Below, in pieces: positions 33,792 to 42,712 of a DNA stretch of 64,000 bases (the stretch's first letter is position 1; each line of letters starts with the position of its first letter). The DNA is from Vicinamibacterales bacterium (GTDB lineage Bacteria; Acidobacteriota; Vicinamibacteria; Vicinamibacterales; UBA2999). The position numbers were made by a program, and so were the translations under genes. Where the stretch lies: the NCBI GenBank assembly GCA_050250875.1, contig JBFWNV010000001.1:1619891-1683890 (forward strand), written 5' to 3'. The notes beneath the pieces were generated by a model. The model made no database searches, had not been told where the DNA came from, and saw only the letters and a program-made list of their open reading frames with translations.

Positions 33792-33865
33792 TGGCTGGGA
33801 CGCAGGGATTCGAACCCCGATAACCGCGTCCAGAGCGCGGTGTCCTACCGTTGAACGACGTCCCA
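33792..33865 (-). tRNA. tRNA-Gln (anticodon CTG), CCA encoded
   Basis: I folded the cloverleaf by hand on the minus strand. Acceptor stem TGGGACG/CGTCCCA; D arm GTTC-AACGGTA-GGAC; anticodon arm CCGCG-CTCTGGA-CGCGG; variable loop TTAT; T arm CGGGG-TTCGAAT-CCCTG; discriminator G; CCA. It is 74 nt, and the U1-A72 pair is typical of bacterial tRNA-Gln. Confidence 0.9.
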
Positions 33866-33963
33866 GCAGACGGGCAGGAACTTACGAATATACCGGAGAT
33901 CCCCGGGTTCCGGCAACCGCGGCCGCGGCTTCCGGCCCGCCACGTTATGATCAGTGGACCCGG

Positions 33964-35586
33964 ATGCCCGATCCCGCGCCCCCTCGACCCACCCCCGGGG
34001 GCGAGGTCACCAGCTACGCCCATCTCGACGATCGGCAGCGCCTCGTCACCCTCGGCGGGCTGATGCTCACGCTGCTGCTGGCGGCGATGGACCAGACCAT
34101 CGTCGGCACCGCCATGCCGCGCGTGGTCGCCAGCCTGAACGGCTTCGACCGCTATCCGTGGGTGACCACGGCCTACCTGCTCACCTCCACCATCTCGGTG
34201 CCGGTGTTCGCCAAGTTCTCGGACCTCTACGGCCGCAAGTGGCTCTATCTGATCGGCCTGGCGATCTTCGTCGTTTCGTCGTGGCTGTGCGGCGCCGCCG
34301 GCAACGTGCCGCTCCCCATCGACGGCATGAACCAGCTGATCCTGTTCCGCGGCCTCCAGGGCATCGGCGGCGGCGCGGTGATGGGCCTGACGTTCACGAT
34401 CATCGGCGACCTGTTCTCGCCGGCCGAACGCGGCCGCTACCAGGGGATGTTCGGCGCCGTGTTCGGGCTGGCCTCGATCGTCGGGCCGCTGGCCGGCGGC
34501 TGGATCACCGATCACCTGTCGTGGCGGTGGGCGTTCTACGTCAACGCGCCGCTCGGCATCGCCGCGCTGGGCGTGCTCTATCGCACCTTCCCGTTCGTGC
34601 CGCCGCATGGCAGCTCGCGGACGATCGACTGGCTCGGCCTGGTGACGCTCGCGGGCTGGATCGTGCCGCTGCTGATCGCGCTCAGCCGCGTCACCGAGGC
34701 CGGGTGGACCGATCCCGCGGTGCAGCTGCTGCTGGCGCTGGCCGCCGCGTCGTTCGCCACGTTCATCTGGGCCGAACGGCGGGCCGAGGAGCCGATGATG
34801 CCGCTGTCGCTGTTCGGCATACGCACGATCGCCCTGGCGTCGGCCGGCGTGTTCGTGCTCGGCATGTCGATGTTCGGGATGTTCGTCTACCTGCCGCTCT
34901 ACCTGCAGGGCGTGCTCGGCATGTCGGCGGCGGCCTCGGGTACGCTGTTCGTGCCGATGATCTTCGCGATGATCACCGCCAGCGTCGCGTCGGGGCAGAT
35001 CGTGTCGCGCACCGGCCGCTACAAGTTCCTGGCCGTCGGCGGCGCGGTGCTGGCCACGGCCGGAATGGCGCTGCTGGCCCGGCTCGGGCCGTCGGGCACG
35101 GCCACCACGATTCTGTGGTGCCTGGTGGTGTGCGGCTTCGGCTTCGGTGCCGCGCAGCCGGTGTATGCCCTGGTGGTGCAGAACGCGGCGCCGCGCGCCC
35201 AGCTCGGCGCCGCCACCGCCACCAGTCAGTTCTTCCGCTCGATCGGCAGCACGATTGGGGTGGCGGTGTTCGGCACACTGCTGCTGGGCATCTACCACCA
35301 GCGGCTGGCGGCTGCGCTGCCGCCCGACACGCCGGCGCAGGTGCGCGCCGTGGTCGACAACCCGCTGACGATGACCGGCACGCACGATGCGGCCGCCGCC
35401 CGCCAGCTGCCGCCGATGGATCCCGCCGTCGCCTCCGGCGTGAAGTCGAGTCTGGCGGCCGGGATGCAGCGCATCTTCGACCTCGCCGCGGTGGCGATGG
35501 CGGCCTCGGTGGTGCTCAACCTGCTGCTGCCGGAGCTGCCGCTGCGGTCGCGGGCGGAGCACGCGCCGCCGCCCGACGCGGCCTAG
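33964..35586 (+). CDS. MFS efflux transporter, DHA2 (EmrB/QacA, 14-TMS) family
   Basis: Track ORF, 540 aa. LGGLMLTLLLAAMDQTIVGTAMPRVVASL and FAKFSDLYGRKWLYLIGLAIFVVSSWLCG are DHA2 signatures. Confidence 0.9.
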   Translation: MPDPAPPRPTPGGEVTSYAHLDDRQRLVTLGGLMLTLLLAAMDQTIVGTAMPRVVASLNGFDRYPWVTTAYLLTSTISVPVFAKFSDLYGRKWLYLIGLAIFVVSSWLCGAAGNVPLPIDGMNQLILFRGLQGIGGGAVMGLTFTIIGDLFSPAERGRYQGMFGAVFGLASIVGPLAGGWITDHLSWRWAFYVNAPLGIAALGVLYRTFPFVPPHGSSRTIDWLGLVTLAGWIVPLLIALSRVTEAGWTDPAVQLLLALAAASFATFIWAERRAEEPMMPLSLFGIRTIALASAGVFVLGMSMFGMFVYLPLYLQGVLGMSAAASGTLFVPMIFAMITASVASGQIVSRTGRYKFLAVGGAVLATAGMALLARLGPSGTATTILWCLVVCGFGFGAAQPVYALVVQNAAPRAQLGAATATSQFFRSIGSTIGVAVFGTLLLGIYHQRLAAALPPDTPAQVRAVVDNPLTMTGTHDAAAARQLPPMDPAVASGVKSSLAAGMQRIFDLAAVAMAASVVLNLLLPELPLRSRAEHAPPPDAA

Positions 35587-35872
35587 AGGTAGGGCGGCAG
35601 AAGCACGAGCACGACACGGAACGCCGCGTGCTGCGCGCACGCGGCGTTCGTGTATTCAGCGGGAGCCGGTATGCCCGGGCCGCTGAACCTGGGGGAGGCC
35701 AGCTCGTGTCGCGACGACGTCATGCGCGCCGCCGCGGCGGCACCGCGCACTGCAGAAAGCGAGCCAGTTGCCTCCGCGCGACGGATGGCGTCGATCGCGC
35801 ACTGATCGTCGGCGGCCCGCGATGGCCCAGTCGCCTCAACGCCGGCTCGCCCCGACCAACGTCTCGCTGGGG

Positions 35873-35926
35873 CCAGAAAGGGGTCTGACCCCAATTCAAG
35901 GTCCGCCCAGAAAGGGGTCTGACCCC
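35873..35926. repeat. Two direct copies of a 20-nt palindrome-containing element (REP-like)
   Basis: CCAGAAAGGGGTCTGACCCC occurs at 35873-35892 and again at 35907-35926. The core GGGGTCTGACCCC is self-complementary. The element lies between the convergent DHA2 and gltX genes. Confidence 0.6.
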
Positions 35927-35960
35927 TGTCGGGCGGAGGCAGACTTGTCGCAGAAACGGC

Positions 35961-37433
35961 CTACGGAAGCGTCGCCGCGAGGCGGTCGAGCCGGGCCACC
36001 ACCTCGGCCCTGCCGAGCAGGCGCAGCATCTCGAACAGCCCGGGGCTGACGGTGCGGCCCGTCATCGCCAGGCGCGTGGCGTGGATCAACACCCCCGCCT
36101 TCACGCCGCGGGTGTCGGCGACGAGCCGAAGCACCCGCTCGAGCTCGGCCTCGTCGAACGCCGTCAGATCGGCATAGGCGCCGCGCAGCGCCTCGAGGTG
36201 GCCGCGCAGGCCGGGCGCTGCCAGATGCTTCGCCGCGCCCTCGGCGTCGTAGCTCGTCGGCGCCGTCAGGAACGGCTGCGCGCCGTCCACGAACTCGCCC
36301 AGCCGCTTGCAGCGCGGCCGCAGCAGCGCCAGCACCTCGGCGAACCACACCTGCCGGTCGCCGGCCAGCCCGTCTCGCCACAGCCCGGCGCGTTCGAACC
36401 ACGGCCGCAGCCGGCCGATGAGCACCTCGTCCGACAGCCGACCGAGGTACTGGTGGTTGAACCAGTCGAGCTTCTCGGTGTTGAACACCGCATTGCCGGT
36501 GCTGATGCCCTCGAGGGAGAAGCGCGCGATCAGATCCTCCAGCGACAACAGCTCCTCGTCGCCCCCCGGCGACCAGCCGAGCAGCGCCAGGAAGTTGACC
36601 ATCGCCTCCGGCAGGTAGCCCTGCCGCTCGTACTCCATCACCGAGGTGGCGCCGTGGCGCTTGCTGAGCCGCTTCTTGTCGGGGCCCATGATGAGCGGCA
36701 CGTGCGCGAAGTGCGGCACCGGTGCGCCGAAGGCCTGGTAGAGCAGCACCTGCTTGGGTGTGTTCGAGATGTGATCGTCGCCGCGCACGACGTGGCTGAT
36801 CGCCATGTGCACGTCGTCCACGACGACCGACAGGTGATAGGTGGGGTAGCCGTCGGACCGCAGCACGACGAAGTCCTCGATGTGCGCGTTGTCGAAACGG
36901 ACATCGCCGTGCACGAGGTCGGCGAACGCGGTCTCGCCGGGCGGGACGAGAAACCGGATCGCGTGAGGCTCGCCGGCGGCGACCCGCCGAGCCACCTCGT
37001 CCGTCGGCACGGCCAGGCAGGCCTCGCGGTCGTAGCGGCGCTCGTAGGTGCCGTCGTCGGCCGCCGCCGCGTCCCCGCGCCTGGCCGGTCCCCCAAAGTC
37101 GTAATAGGCCCGGCCGGCCGTCACGAGCTGGCGCGCGGCTGCGCGATACCGGTCGAGGCGTTCGCTCTGGAAATACGGGGCATGCGGGCCGCCGACTCCC
37201 GGGCCCTCATCCCAGTCGAGGCCCAGCCAGCGCAGTCCGTCGAGGATGCCGGTGACCATGTCGGTCGACGACCGCTCCACGTCGGTGTCTTCGATGCGCA
37301 GCACGAAGACGCCGCCGGTGCGGCGGGCGAACAGCCAGTTGAAGAGCGCGGTACGAGCGCCGCCGACGTGCAGGTACCCGGTGGGGGAAGGCGCGAAGCG
37401 GACGCGAGGATTACTGCCGAACTGGGAAGGCAT
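35961..37433 (-). CDS. gltX: Glutamate--tRNA ligase
   Basis: Track ORF 35961..37529 trimmed to Met33 (MPSQFGSNPRVRFAPSPTGYLHVGGARTALFNWLFARR). It has the class I HIGH-type motif (PTGYLHVGG) and a KMSKS-type motif (RLSKRHG). Confidence 0.92.
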   Translation of the reverse strand: MPSQFGSNPRVRFAPSPTGYLHVGGARTALFNWLFARRTGGVFVLRIEDTDVERSSTDMVTGILDGLRWLGLDWDEGPGVGGPHAPYFQSERLDRYRAAARQLVTAGRAYYDFGGPARRGDAAAADDGTYERRYDREACLAVPTDEVARRVAAGEPHAIRFLVPPGETAFADLVHGDVRFDNAHIEDFVVLRSDGYPTYHLSVVVDDVHMAISHVVRGDDHISNTPKQVLLYQAFGAPVPHFAHVPLIMGPDKKRLSKRHGATSVMEYERQGYLPEAMVNFLALLGWSPGGDEELLSLEDLIARFSLEGISTGNAVFNTEKLDWFNHQYLGRLSDEVLIGRLRPWFERAGLWRDGLAGDRQVWFAEVLALLRPRCKRLGEFVDGAQPFLTAPTSYDAEGAAKHLAAPGLRGHLEALRGAYADLTAFDEAELERVLRLVADTRGVKAGVLIHATRLAMTGRTVSPGLFEMLRLLGRAEVVARLDRLAATLP

Positions 37434-37540
37434 GGGGGTCGACTCAGGATACCTTCCCAGGGGTCGCCGCCGGCGCCCGCGCGGGCCACGGGCGTGAGGG
37501 CGGCGGGCCGCGGTAGGCGCTAACCCCAAGCGAGGTCCTC

Positions 37541-39832
37541 GTGAAGCAGAAGCTCTCGGCGCTGGTCATCGTGATCCTCGCCCTAGCCATGGGCACGACG
37601 TCGCCGCGCACGCAGTCGCGCGTCGAGGTTCCGCAACGTGTGGCCGACCGCATCGCGGCCGGCGAGTCGGTGCCGGTCATCGTCGGCGTCGATGCGACGT
37701 TCGTTCCGGAGGGCGACCTGGCCGATCGCGACGCGGTGGCCAGTCAGCGCGACGCCATCGCGCGCGTGGTCGACGACGTCATGACGCGAGCCAGGGACAC
37801 CGGCGCCGTCGTCGGCTCGGGCCTCGGCATCTTCCCGTTCTTCACGGCCCGCGTCGATCGCGCGAGCCTCGAAGCGCTGGCGGCGATGCGCGGCGTGACG
37901 AGCATCGTGGAGAACACGGTCGATCGCGTCGACCTGGCCTCGAGCATCCCCATCGTCAACGCCGCCCCGACGCTGGCGGCCGGCATCACCGGCGCCGGTT
38001 GGCGGGTGGCGATCGCCGACACCGGCATCGAGAAGACCCACTCGTTCCTCGCGCCCGGCGGCGCGACCAAGGTCGTGGCCGAGGCGTGCTTCGTCAATGC
38101 CGGCGGTGCGGGCACGGGCACCTCCACCTGTCCGGGCGGCGGGTTCGCGTCCACCGCCAGCGGCAGCGCGGCGCCCTGCTCGGCTCCGAACGACTGCAGC
38201 CACGGGACCCACGTCGCCGGCATTGCCGCGGGCGTCAACGCCGGGGGCACCGGCGTGAACGGCGTCGCGCCTGGTGCCCAGCTGATCGGGTTGCAGGTGT
38301 TCACCCGGTTCGACGACCAGGCCACGTGCGGCTTCAACCCGGGCGACGTGCCCTGTGCCGTCAGCTACGTCTCCGACCAGGTGCTGGCGCTCAATCATGT
38401 GGCATCACTGGCCGGGGCCAACAACGTCAACCAGATCGCCGCGGTGAACATGAGCCTCGGCGGCGGCCAGTACTTCGACCAGCTCACCTGCGACACTGCG
38501 CAGATCAATGTCAACAGCGGCCGCAAGGCCGCGATCGACAACCTGCGGTCGCTGGGCATCGCCGTGGTCGCCTCGTCGGGCAACAACGGCTTCCCGACGT
38601 CGATGGGCGCCCCCGGCTGCATCTCGTCGGCGGTGAGCGTGGGGTCGATCACGGATGCCCTGCTGGTGTCGAGCTTCAGCAACAACGCGCCGTTCCTCTC
38701 GCTGTACGCCCCGGGCTCCAACGTGACGTCGTCGGTCACGGGCAACGGCTTCGCCAGCTTCAACGGCACCTCGATGGCGGCCCCCCATGTGGCGGGCGCA
38801 TGGGCGCTCATGAAGCAGGCGCTGGGGTCGGCCTCGGTCAGTGCAGTGCTGGCGGCGTTCCAGGCCACCGGGACGACCATCAACGACCAGCGGGGAGGCG
38901 GCGGCACGCCGCATCCCCTCATCAACATCAACGCCGCACGCCTGAACCTGCTCGGTGGCGGTGGTGGCGGCGGGCTGCCCGGCGCCCCGACCAACTTCGT
39001 CGCCACCGTGAGCGGCAACGCCATCAACATGTCGTGGAACGCGTCGGCCGACGCCGAGACGATCCAGGCGGCGGCCACCAACTACAACCTGATCGCCCGG
39101 CTCGCCCCCGGCGCCGCACCGGTCGTCGTCCTGCCGCTCGGCAACATCACCAGCTTCGGCGTCAACGCCCCCAACGGCACCTTCTTCCTGAGCGTCCAGG
39201 GCACCAACGCCTCCGGCCCCGGGCCCGAATCGAACGTCGTGCAGGTGACCGTGCCGGCGGTGCCGCCGCGGCCCGGCAACCCGACCAACCTGGTCGTGAA
39301 CGTGGTCGGCAACAGCGCCACCTTCACCTGGAACGCGCCGGCCAGCGGCGGGCCCGTGGCCAACTACGTGCTGCTGGCCAGCAACGCGCCGTTCCCGGCG
39401 CCGGCGCTGGTGTCGGTGCCGCTGCCGGCGTCTCCCACTGCCGTCGGGTTCAGCGGCATTCCGGCCGGGGTCTGGTTCGTGCGGGTCTTCGCGCAGAACG
39501 CCGGCGGCAACAGCCTCAACTCCACCAACGAGGTGCAGTTCACCATCGCCGGTCCGGCGCCGCCCGGAGTGCCGACGCTGAACGCGCCGGTGGTCGTCGC
39601 CAACAACGTCTCGCTGTCGTGGACGCCGGGGGCTGGCGGCGCACCCACGTCCTACACGCCGCTCGCGTCGGCCACGTCCGGCGGGGCGCCGTTCCTGAGC
39701 GTGCCCGGTCTCTCCGGCACGGGTGCCGCCTTCGGCGGCGTGCCCAGCGGCACCTACTTCCTGCGCCTGGTCGCCGTGAACGCGCTCGGTTCGAGCGCGC
39801 CGTCTAACCAGGTGACGTTGACCGTACCGTAG
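37541..39832 (+). CDS. Secreted S8 (subtilisin-family) serine peptidase with three C-terminal FN3-like repeats
   Basis: Track ORF, 763 aa, with a signal peptide. The catalytic triad motifs are IADTGIE (Asp), HGTHVAGIAAG (His) and GTSMAAPHVAGAWAL (Ser). A Gly7 linker is followed by three ~95-aa repeats. Confidence 0.9.
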   Translation: MKQKLSALVIVILALAMGTTSPRTQSRVEVPQRVADRIAAGESVPVIVGVDATFVPEGDLADRDAVASQRDAIARVVDDVMTRARDTGAVVGSGLGIFPFFTARVDRASLEALAAMRGVTSIVENTVDRVDLASSIPIVNAAPTLAAGITGAGWRVAIADTGIEKTHSFLAPGGATKVVAEACFVNAGGAGTGTSTCPGGGFASTASGSAAPCSAPNDCSHGTHVAGIAAGVNAGGTGVNGVAPGAQLIGLQVFTRFDDQATCGFNPGDVPCAVSYVSDQVLALNHVASLAGANNVNQIAAVNMSLGGGQYFDQLTCDTAQINVNSGRKAAIDNLRSLGIAVVASSGNNGFPTSMGAPGCISSAVSVGSITDALLVSSFSNNAPFLSLYAPGSNVTSSVTGNGFASFNGTSMAAPHVAGAWALMKQALGSASVSAVLAAFQATGTTINDQRGGGGTPHPLININAARLNLLGGGGGGGLPGAPTNFVATVSGNAINMSWNASADAETIQAAATNYNLIARLAPGAAPVVVLPLGNITSFGVNAPNGTFFLSVQGTNASGPGPESNVVQVTVPAVPPRPGNPTNLVVNVVGNSATFTWNAPASGGPVANYVLLASNAPFPAPALVSVPLPASPTAVGFSGIPAGVWFVRVFAQNAGGNSLNSTNEVQFTIAGPAPPGVPTLNAPVVVANNVSLSWTPGAGGAPTSYTPLASATSGGAPFLSVPGLSGTGAAFGGVPSGTYFLRLVAVNALGSSAPSNQVTLTVP

Positions 39833-39846
39833 CCGAACGGTGATCG

Positions 39847-39885
39847 CGACGAACGGCTGCCGGACATCCCGGCAGCCGTTCGTCG
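39847..39885 (+). terminator. Strong stem-loop terminator candidate after the S8 peptidase gene
   Basis: There is a perfect 17-bp stem: CGACGAACGGCTGCCGG (39847-39863) pairs with CCGGCAGCCGTTCGTCG (39869-39885), with a 5-nt loop ACATC. It starts 15 nt after the stop codon. The T-tract is weak (TGTACGTCGTCTT). Confidence 0.7.
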
Positions 39886-39937
39886 TGTACGTCGTCTTGA
39901 CAACGTCCGGCGGCAGCCGGAACAGTTCGGCGACACG

Positions 39938-41053
39938 GTGACCCGCGCCGCCTTCTTCCGTCTGCACTCCTGGCTGGGCATCACGACCGGCGTGTGCCTG
40001 CTCCTCATCGCCTGGAGCGGGTCGCTGGTCGTCTTCAACGACGAGATCGAGTGGCTGCTCGACCCGGCAGCGCGCGCCGATCCGGCGCTGGGCGTGCGGC
40101 CGCTCGACGACGTGGCCGCGGCCATCCGCGCCCGCCATCCCGAGCGGCGCTTCGCGATCCATCCGCAGATCGGCCGGCACTGGGCGCACGTCGCCTACGT
40201 CTACGAGGGGCGCACGCAGCGCTACCTGCAGATCGACCCGGCCACCGCCGACATCCGCCGCGACGATCCGATGGACGGCTACACCTTCAACGTCGCCTAC
40301 TTCCTGCGCCAGCTGCACGTGCGGCTGCTCATGGGCTTCTGGGGCCGCGTGTTCGTCGGAGTGTTCGGCGTGACGCTGGTGCTGTCGGCGCTCACCAGCC
40401 TGGTGATCTACCGCGAGTGGCTGCGTTCGCTGGTGCGGCTGCGCCGCGGCCACGGCCGGCGCATCTTCCACATGGACCTGCACAAGGCCATCGGCTTGTG
40501 GACGCTGGCCTTCAACCTGCTGTTCGGCGTGACCGGCGCGGTGCTGGGGCTCGAAAACCTCTATTTCCGGCTGTGGCCGGCGGCGCCGCGCTCGCCGGCG
40601 GTCTTCGCCCCGGCGCCGCTGCTGGCCGCGCCGCTCACGGTCGACGGCGCGCTGACCCGCGTGACCAGCCGCGACCCGCGCTTCCGGCCGACGTCGATCG
40701 AGGTGCCCGTCGAGGGGCCGCTGGTCGTGCGCGGCGACCACCCGGGCGTGTTCATCGCCGAGGGCGCCAGCGAATACCAGGTGCACGCCGGCACCGGCGT
40801 GGTGCACCGCGTGATCGACGCGCGCCGCGCGCCGTGGCCCGAGTTTCTCTACAACCTGCTCGACCCGCTGCACTTCGGCTACTTCGGCGAACGGCTCGGA
40901 TTCGTCACCGGCTACGCCGTGGAGATCGTCTGGTGCGTGGCCGGGCTGGCGCCCGGCGTGCTGGCGATCACGGGCGGGGTGATGTGGCTGGTGCGGCAGC
41001 GACGCCGCAGCGGACGCCGGCTGGCGGCCGATGTCGCCGGCGAGCCGGTGTGA
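39938..41053 (+). CDS. PepSY-associated TM-helix domain protein (PiuB-like)
   Basis: Track ORF, 371 aa. MTRAAFFRLHSWLGITTGVCLLLIAWSGSLVVFNDEIEWLLDP is the typical N-terminus of this family, and four TM segments are present. Confidence 0.85.
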   Translation: MTRAAFFRLHSWLGITTGVCLLLIAWSGSLVVFNDEIEWLLDPAARADPALGVRPLDDVAAAIRARHPERRFAIHPQIGRHWAHVAYVYEGRTQRYLQIDPATADIRRDDPMDGYTFNVAYFLRQLHVRLLMGFWGRVFVGVFGVTLVLSALTSLVIYREWLRSLVRLRRGHGRRIFHMDLHKAIGLWTLAFNLLFGVTGAVLGLENLYFRLWPAAPRSPAVFAPAPLLAAPLTVDGALTRVTSRDPRFRPTSIEVPVEGPLVVRGDHPGVFIAEGASEYQVHAGTGVVHRVIDARRAPWPEFLYNLLDPLHFGYFGERLGFVTGYAVEIVWCVAGLAPGVLAITGGVMWLVRQRRRSGRRLAADVAGEPV

Positions 41054-41111
41054 CGCAGGTAGCAGGGACGAGCGCCGCGCCGGCCGCGGCCTTCGGGAAT
41101 AGGCTCGTCCG

Positions 41112-41531
41112 ATGCACCCGCCCCTTCGTGTCGTGTCGGCCCTCGGCGTGGCGGTGGCGATCACCGTCAGCCTGGCCGCTCCGGCGGCCGCCCAGTCGGG
41201 CGGCGCGACGCCGTCCGGTGCGGGTGCGGCACGGCGGGATTCCGTAATGAACGGCCTGCTCGTGGGCGCGGGCGTCGGCTTCGCTGCGGGCTTTCTCGGC
41301 ATGGCGGCGTACAACGCCAGGGAGACCGCCAGCGGTCCCATCTGGGACGGCGAGGCGCTGGGCATCTACACCAGCGTCGGGCTGCTCGGCGCGGGGATCG
41401 GCGCCGGCATCGGCGCGGCCATCGACGCCCTGCGCCCGGACCGGCGGTGGAACGGCCGGCCCCGGCCGGTCGAATTGGCGCCGATCCTGGGCGCACGCCG
41501 CCGCGGACTGCGGCTCACGATTCGCCGCTGA
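41112..41531 (+). CDS. Hypothetical small exported protein with glycine-zipper-like segments
   Basis: Track ORF, 139 aa. It has a signal peptide (VSALGVAVAITVSLAAPAAAQ) and Gly-rich hydrophobic stretches (GLLVGAGVGFAAGFLGMAA, GLLGAGIGAGIGAAIDA). I do not recognise a family. Confidence 0.45.
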   Translation: MHPPLRVVSALGVAVAITVSLAAPAAAQSGGATPSGAGAARRDSVMNGLLVGAGVGFAAGFLGMAAYNARETASGPIWDGEALGIYTSVGLLGAGIGAGIGAAIDALRPDRRWNGRPRPVELAPILGARRRGLRLTIRR

Positions 41532-41666
41532 TCGCCTCCAGTCGTCATCGGGACCGTCACGCCGACATCTGCTGGTAGGCACGTCCTGCGAAGCGTCGTT
41601 CCTCCACGAGCCGTCAGCCGCCGGGCGGCGCGGGCAGGGGACCGGTTCCGTATACTGCCGCTCCCG

Positions 41667-42701
41667 ATGCTGGCCACCCGACTGCGCAACCAGCGCCTCG
41701 ACCGCACGCCGTTCCGCCGGCCCGACGAGGTGGTGCAGTGGCTCGGTGCGGTGCAGGCGCAGGACTACACCGGCGCCACCTGGGCGATCGCGCTGCGCGC
41801 CAGGTCGCTGACCGCCGCGGCGATCGATCGCGCCTTCGACGACGGCCGCATCCTGCGCACGCACGTGCTGCGGCCGACGTGGCACTTCGTCACCCCGGCC
41901 GATCTGCGCTGGATGCTGGCCCTGACCGGCCCGCGGGTGCGGCGGGTGCTGGCCAGCTACGACCGGACGCTGGAGATCGACGCGCGGCTGCTCGGCCGCG
42001 CGCGACGCATCGTGGAGCGCGCGCTCGAAGGGGGCCGCCACCAGACCCGCGAAGCGCTGGCCGGCGCGCTGCGGACGGAGGGCCGGATCGAAGCCAAGGG
42101 GCAACGCCTGGCGCACATCGTGATGCACCTCGAGCAGGCGGCGGTGATCTGCAGCGGCCCGCGCCTCGGCAGGCAGTTCACCTATGCGCTGGTCGGCGAG
42201 CGCGTGCCGCCGGCGCCCTTGCCGTCGCGAGACGACGCCCTGGCCGAGCTGGCGCGCCGCTACTTCCAGAGCCACGGCCCGGCCACCGTGCACGACTTCG
42301 CGTGGTGGTCGGGGCTCACCGTGGCCGACGCGCGCCGGGGTGCGGCGACGGTCGACGCCGGCCTGCGGCTGGAGGCGCCGCCGGCCGCCGAACGCGTCGG
42401 CGGCGCGCACTTCCTGCTGCCCAACTACGACGAGTACCTCATCGCCTATCGGCATCGGGGCGCCGTGCTCGACCCCAGACGGTCGCGCAACTTCGGCGTC
42501 TTCACGAGCGCCGAGTACCCGCACCAGGTCGTGCTCGACGGCCGCATCGCCGGCAGCTGGCAGCGGACCATCGGGACCCGCGAGGCCACGGTCAGGCTGA
42601 AGCTGTTCGCCAGGCCGTCGCGTGAGCACCGCACCGCGCTGGCCGGACAAGCGGCACGCTACGGCCGCGTCCTGGGTGTGCCGTGCCGCCTCGAGACGTA
42701 G
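41667..42701 (+). CDS. Winged-helix DNA-binding domain protein (YcaQ/DUF1006 family)
   Basis: Track ORF, 344 aa. VVQWLGAVQAQDYTGATWAIALR and ILRTHVLRPTWHFV match the conserved YcaQ-family N-terminal region. Confidence 0.8.
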   Translation: MLATRLRNQRLDRTPFRRPDEVVQWLGAVQAQDYTGATWAIALRARSLTAAAIDRAFDDGRILRTHVLRPTWHFVTPADLRWMLALTGPRVRRVLASYDRTLEIDARLLGRARRIVERALEGGRHQTREALAGALRTEGRIEAKGQRLAHIVMHLEQAAVICSGPRLGRQFTYALVGERVPPAPLPSRDDALAELARRYFQSHGPATVHDFAWWSGLTVADARRGAATVDAGLRLEAPPAAERVGGAHFLLPNYDEYLIAYRHRGAVLDPRRSRNFGVFTSAEYPHQVVLDGRIAGSWQRTIGTREATVRLKLFARPSREHRTALAGQAARYGRVLGVPCRLET

Positions 42702-42712
42702 CCGCGGCCTGG

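Noticed and set aside
33515-33854. Small plus-strand ORFs (102 aa and 86 aa) near the tRNA
   Set aside because: They overlap the tRNA-Gln gene and its duplicated 3' end, and their translations are Arg-rich with no motifs.
33667-35640. 657-aa minus-strand ORF (and plus ORF 33954..35888)
   Set aside because: These are alternative frames over the DHA2 transporter gene. They are Arg/Gly-rich and lack TM segments or motifs. The minus ORF also runs through the tRNA-Gln gene.
35873-35926. CRISPR array
   Set aside because: There are only two repeat copies with a 14-nt spacer and no cas genes. It fits a REP-like or terminator element instead.
41054-41111. Hairpin GGACGAGC...GCTCGTCC after the PepSY gene as a terminator
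   Set aside because: The 8-bp stem encloses a 29-nt loop, and the next gene starts immediately afterwards. It is too weak to call.
38405-41365. 986-aa minus-strand ORF (also 40968..43580, 870 aa)
   Set aside because: Both span several well-supported plus-strand genes and their intergenic gaps (S8 peptidase, PepSY protein, YcaQ-like) and cross a strong terminator hairpin. Their composition is low-complexity. They are shadow ORFs.
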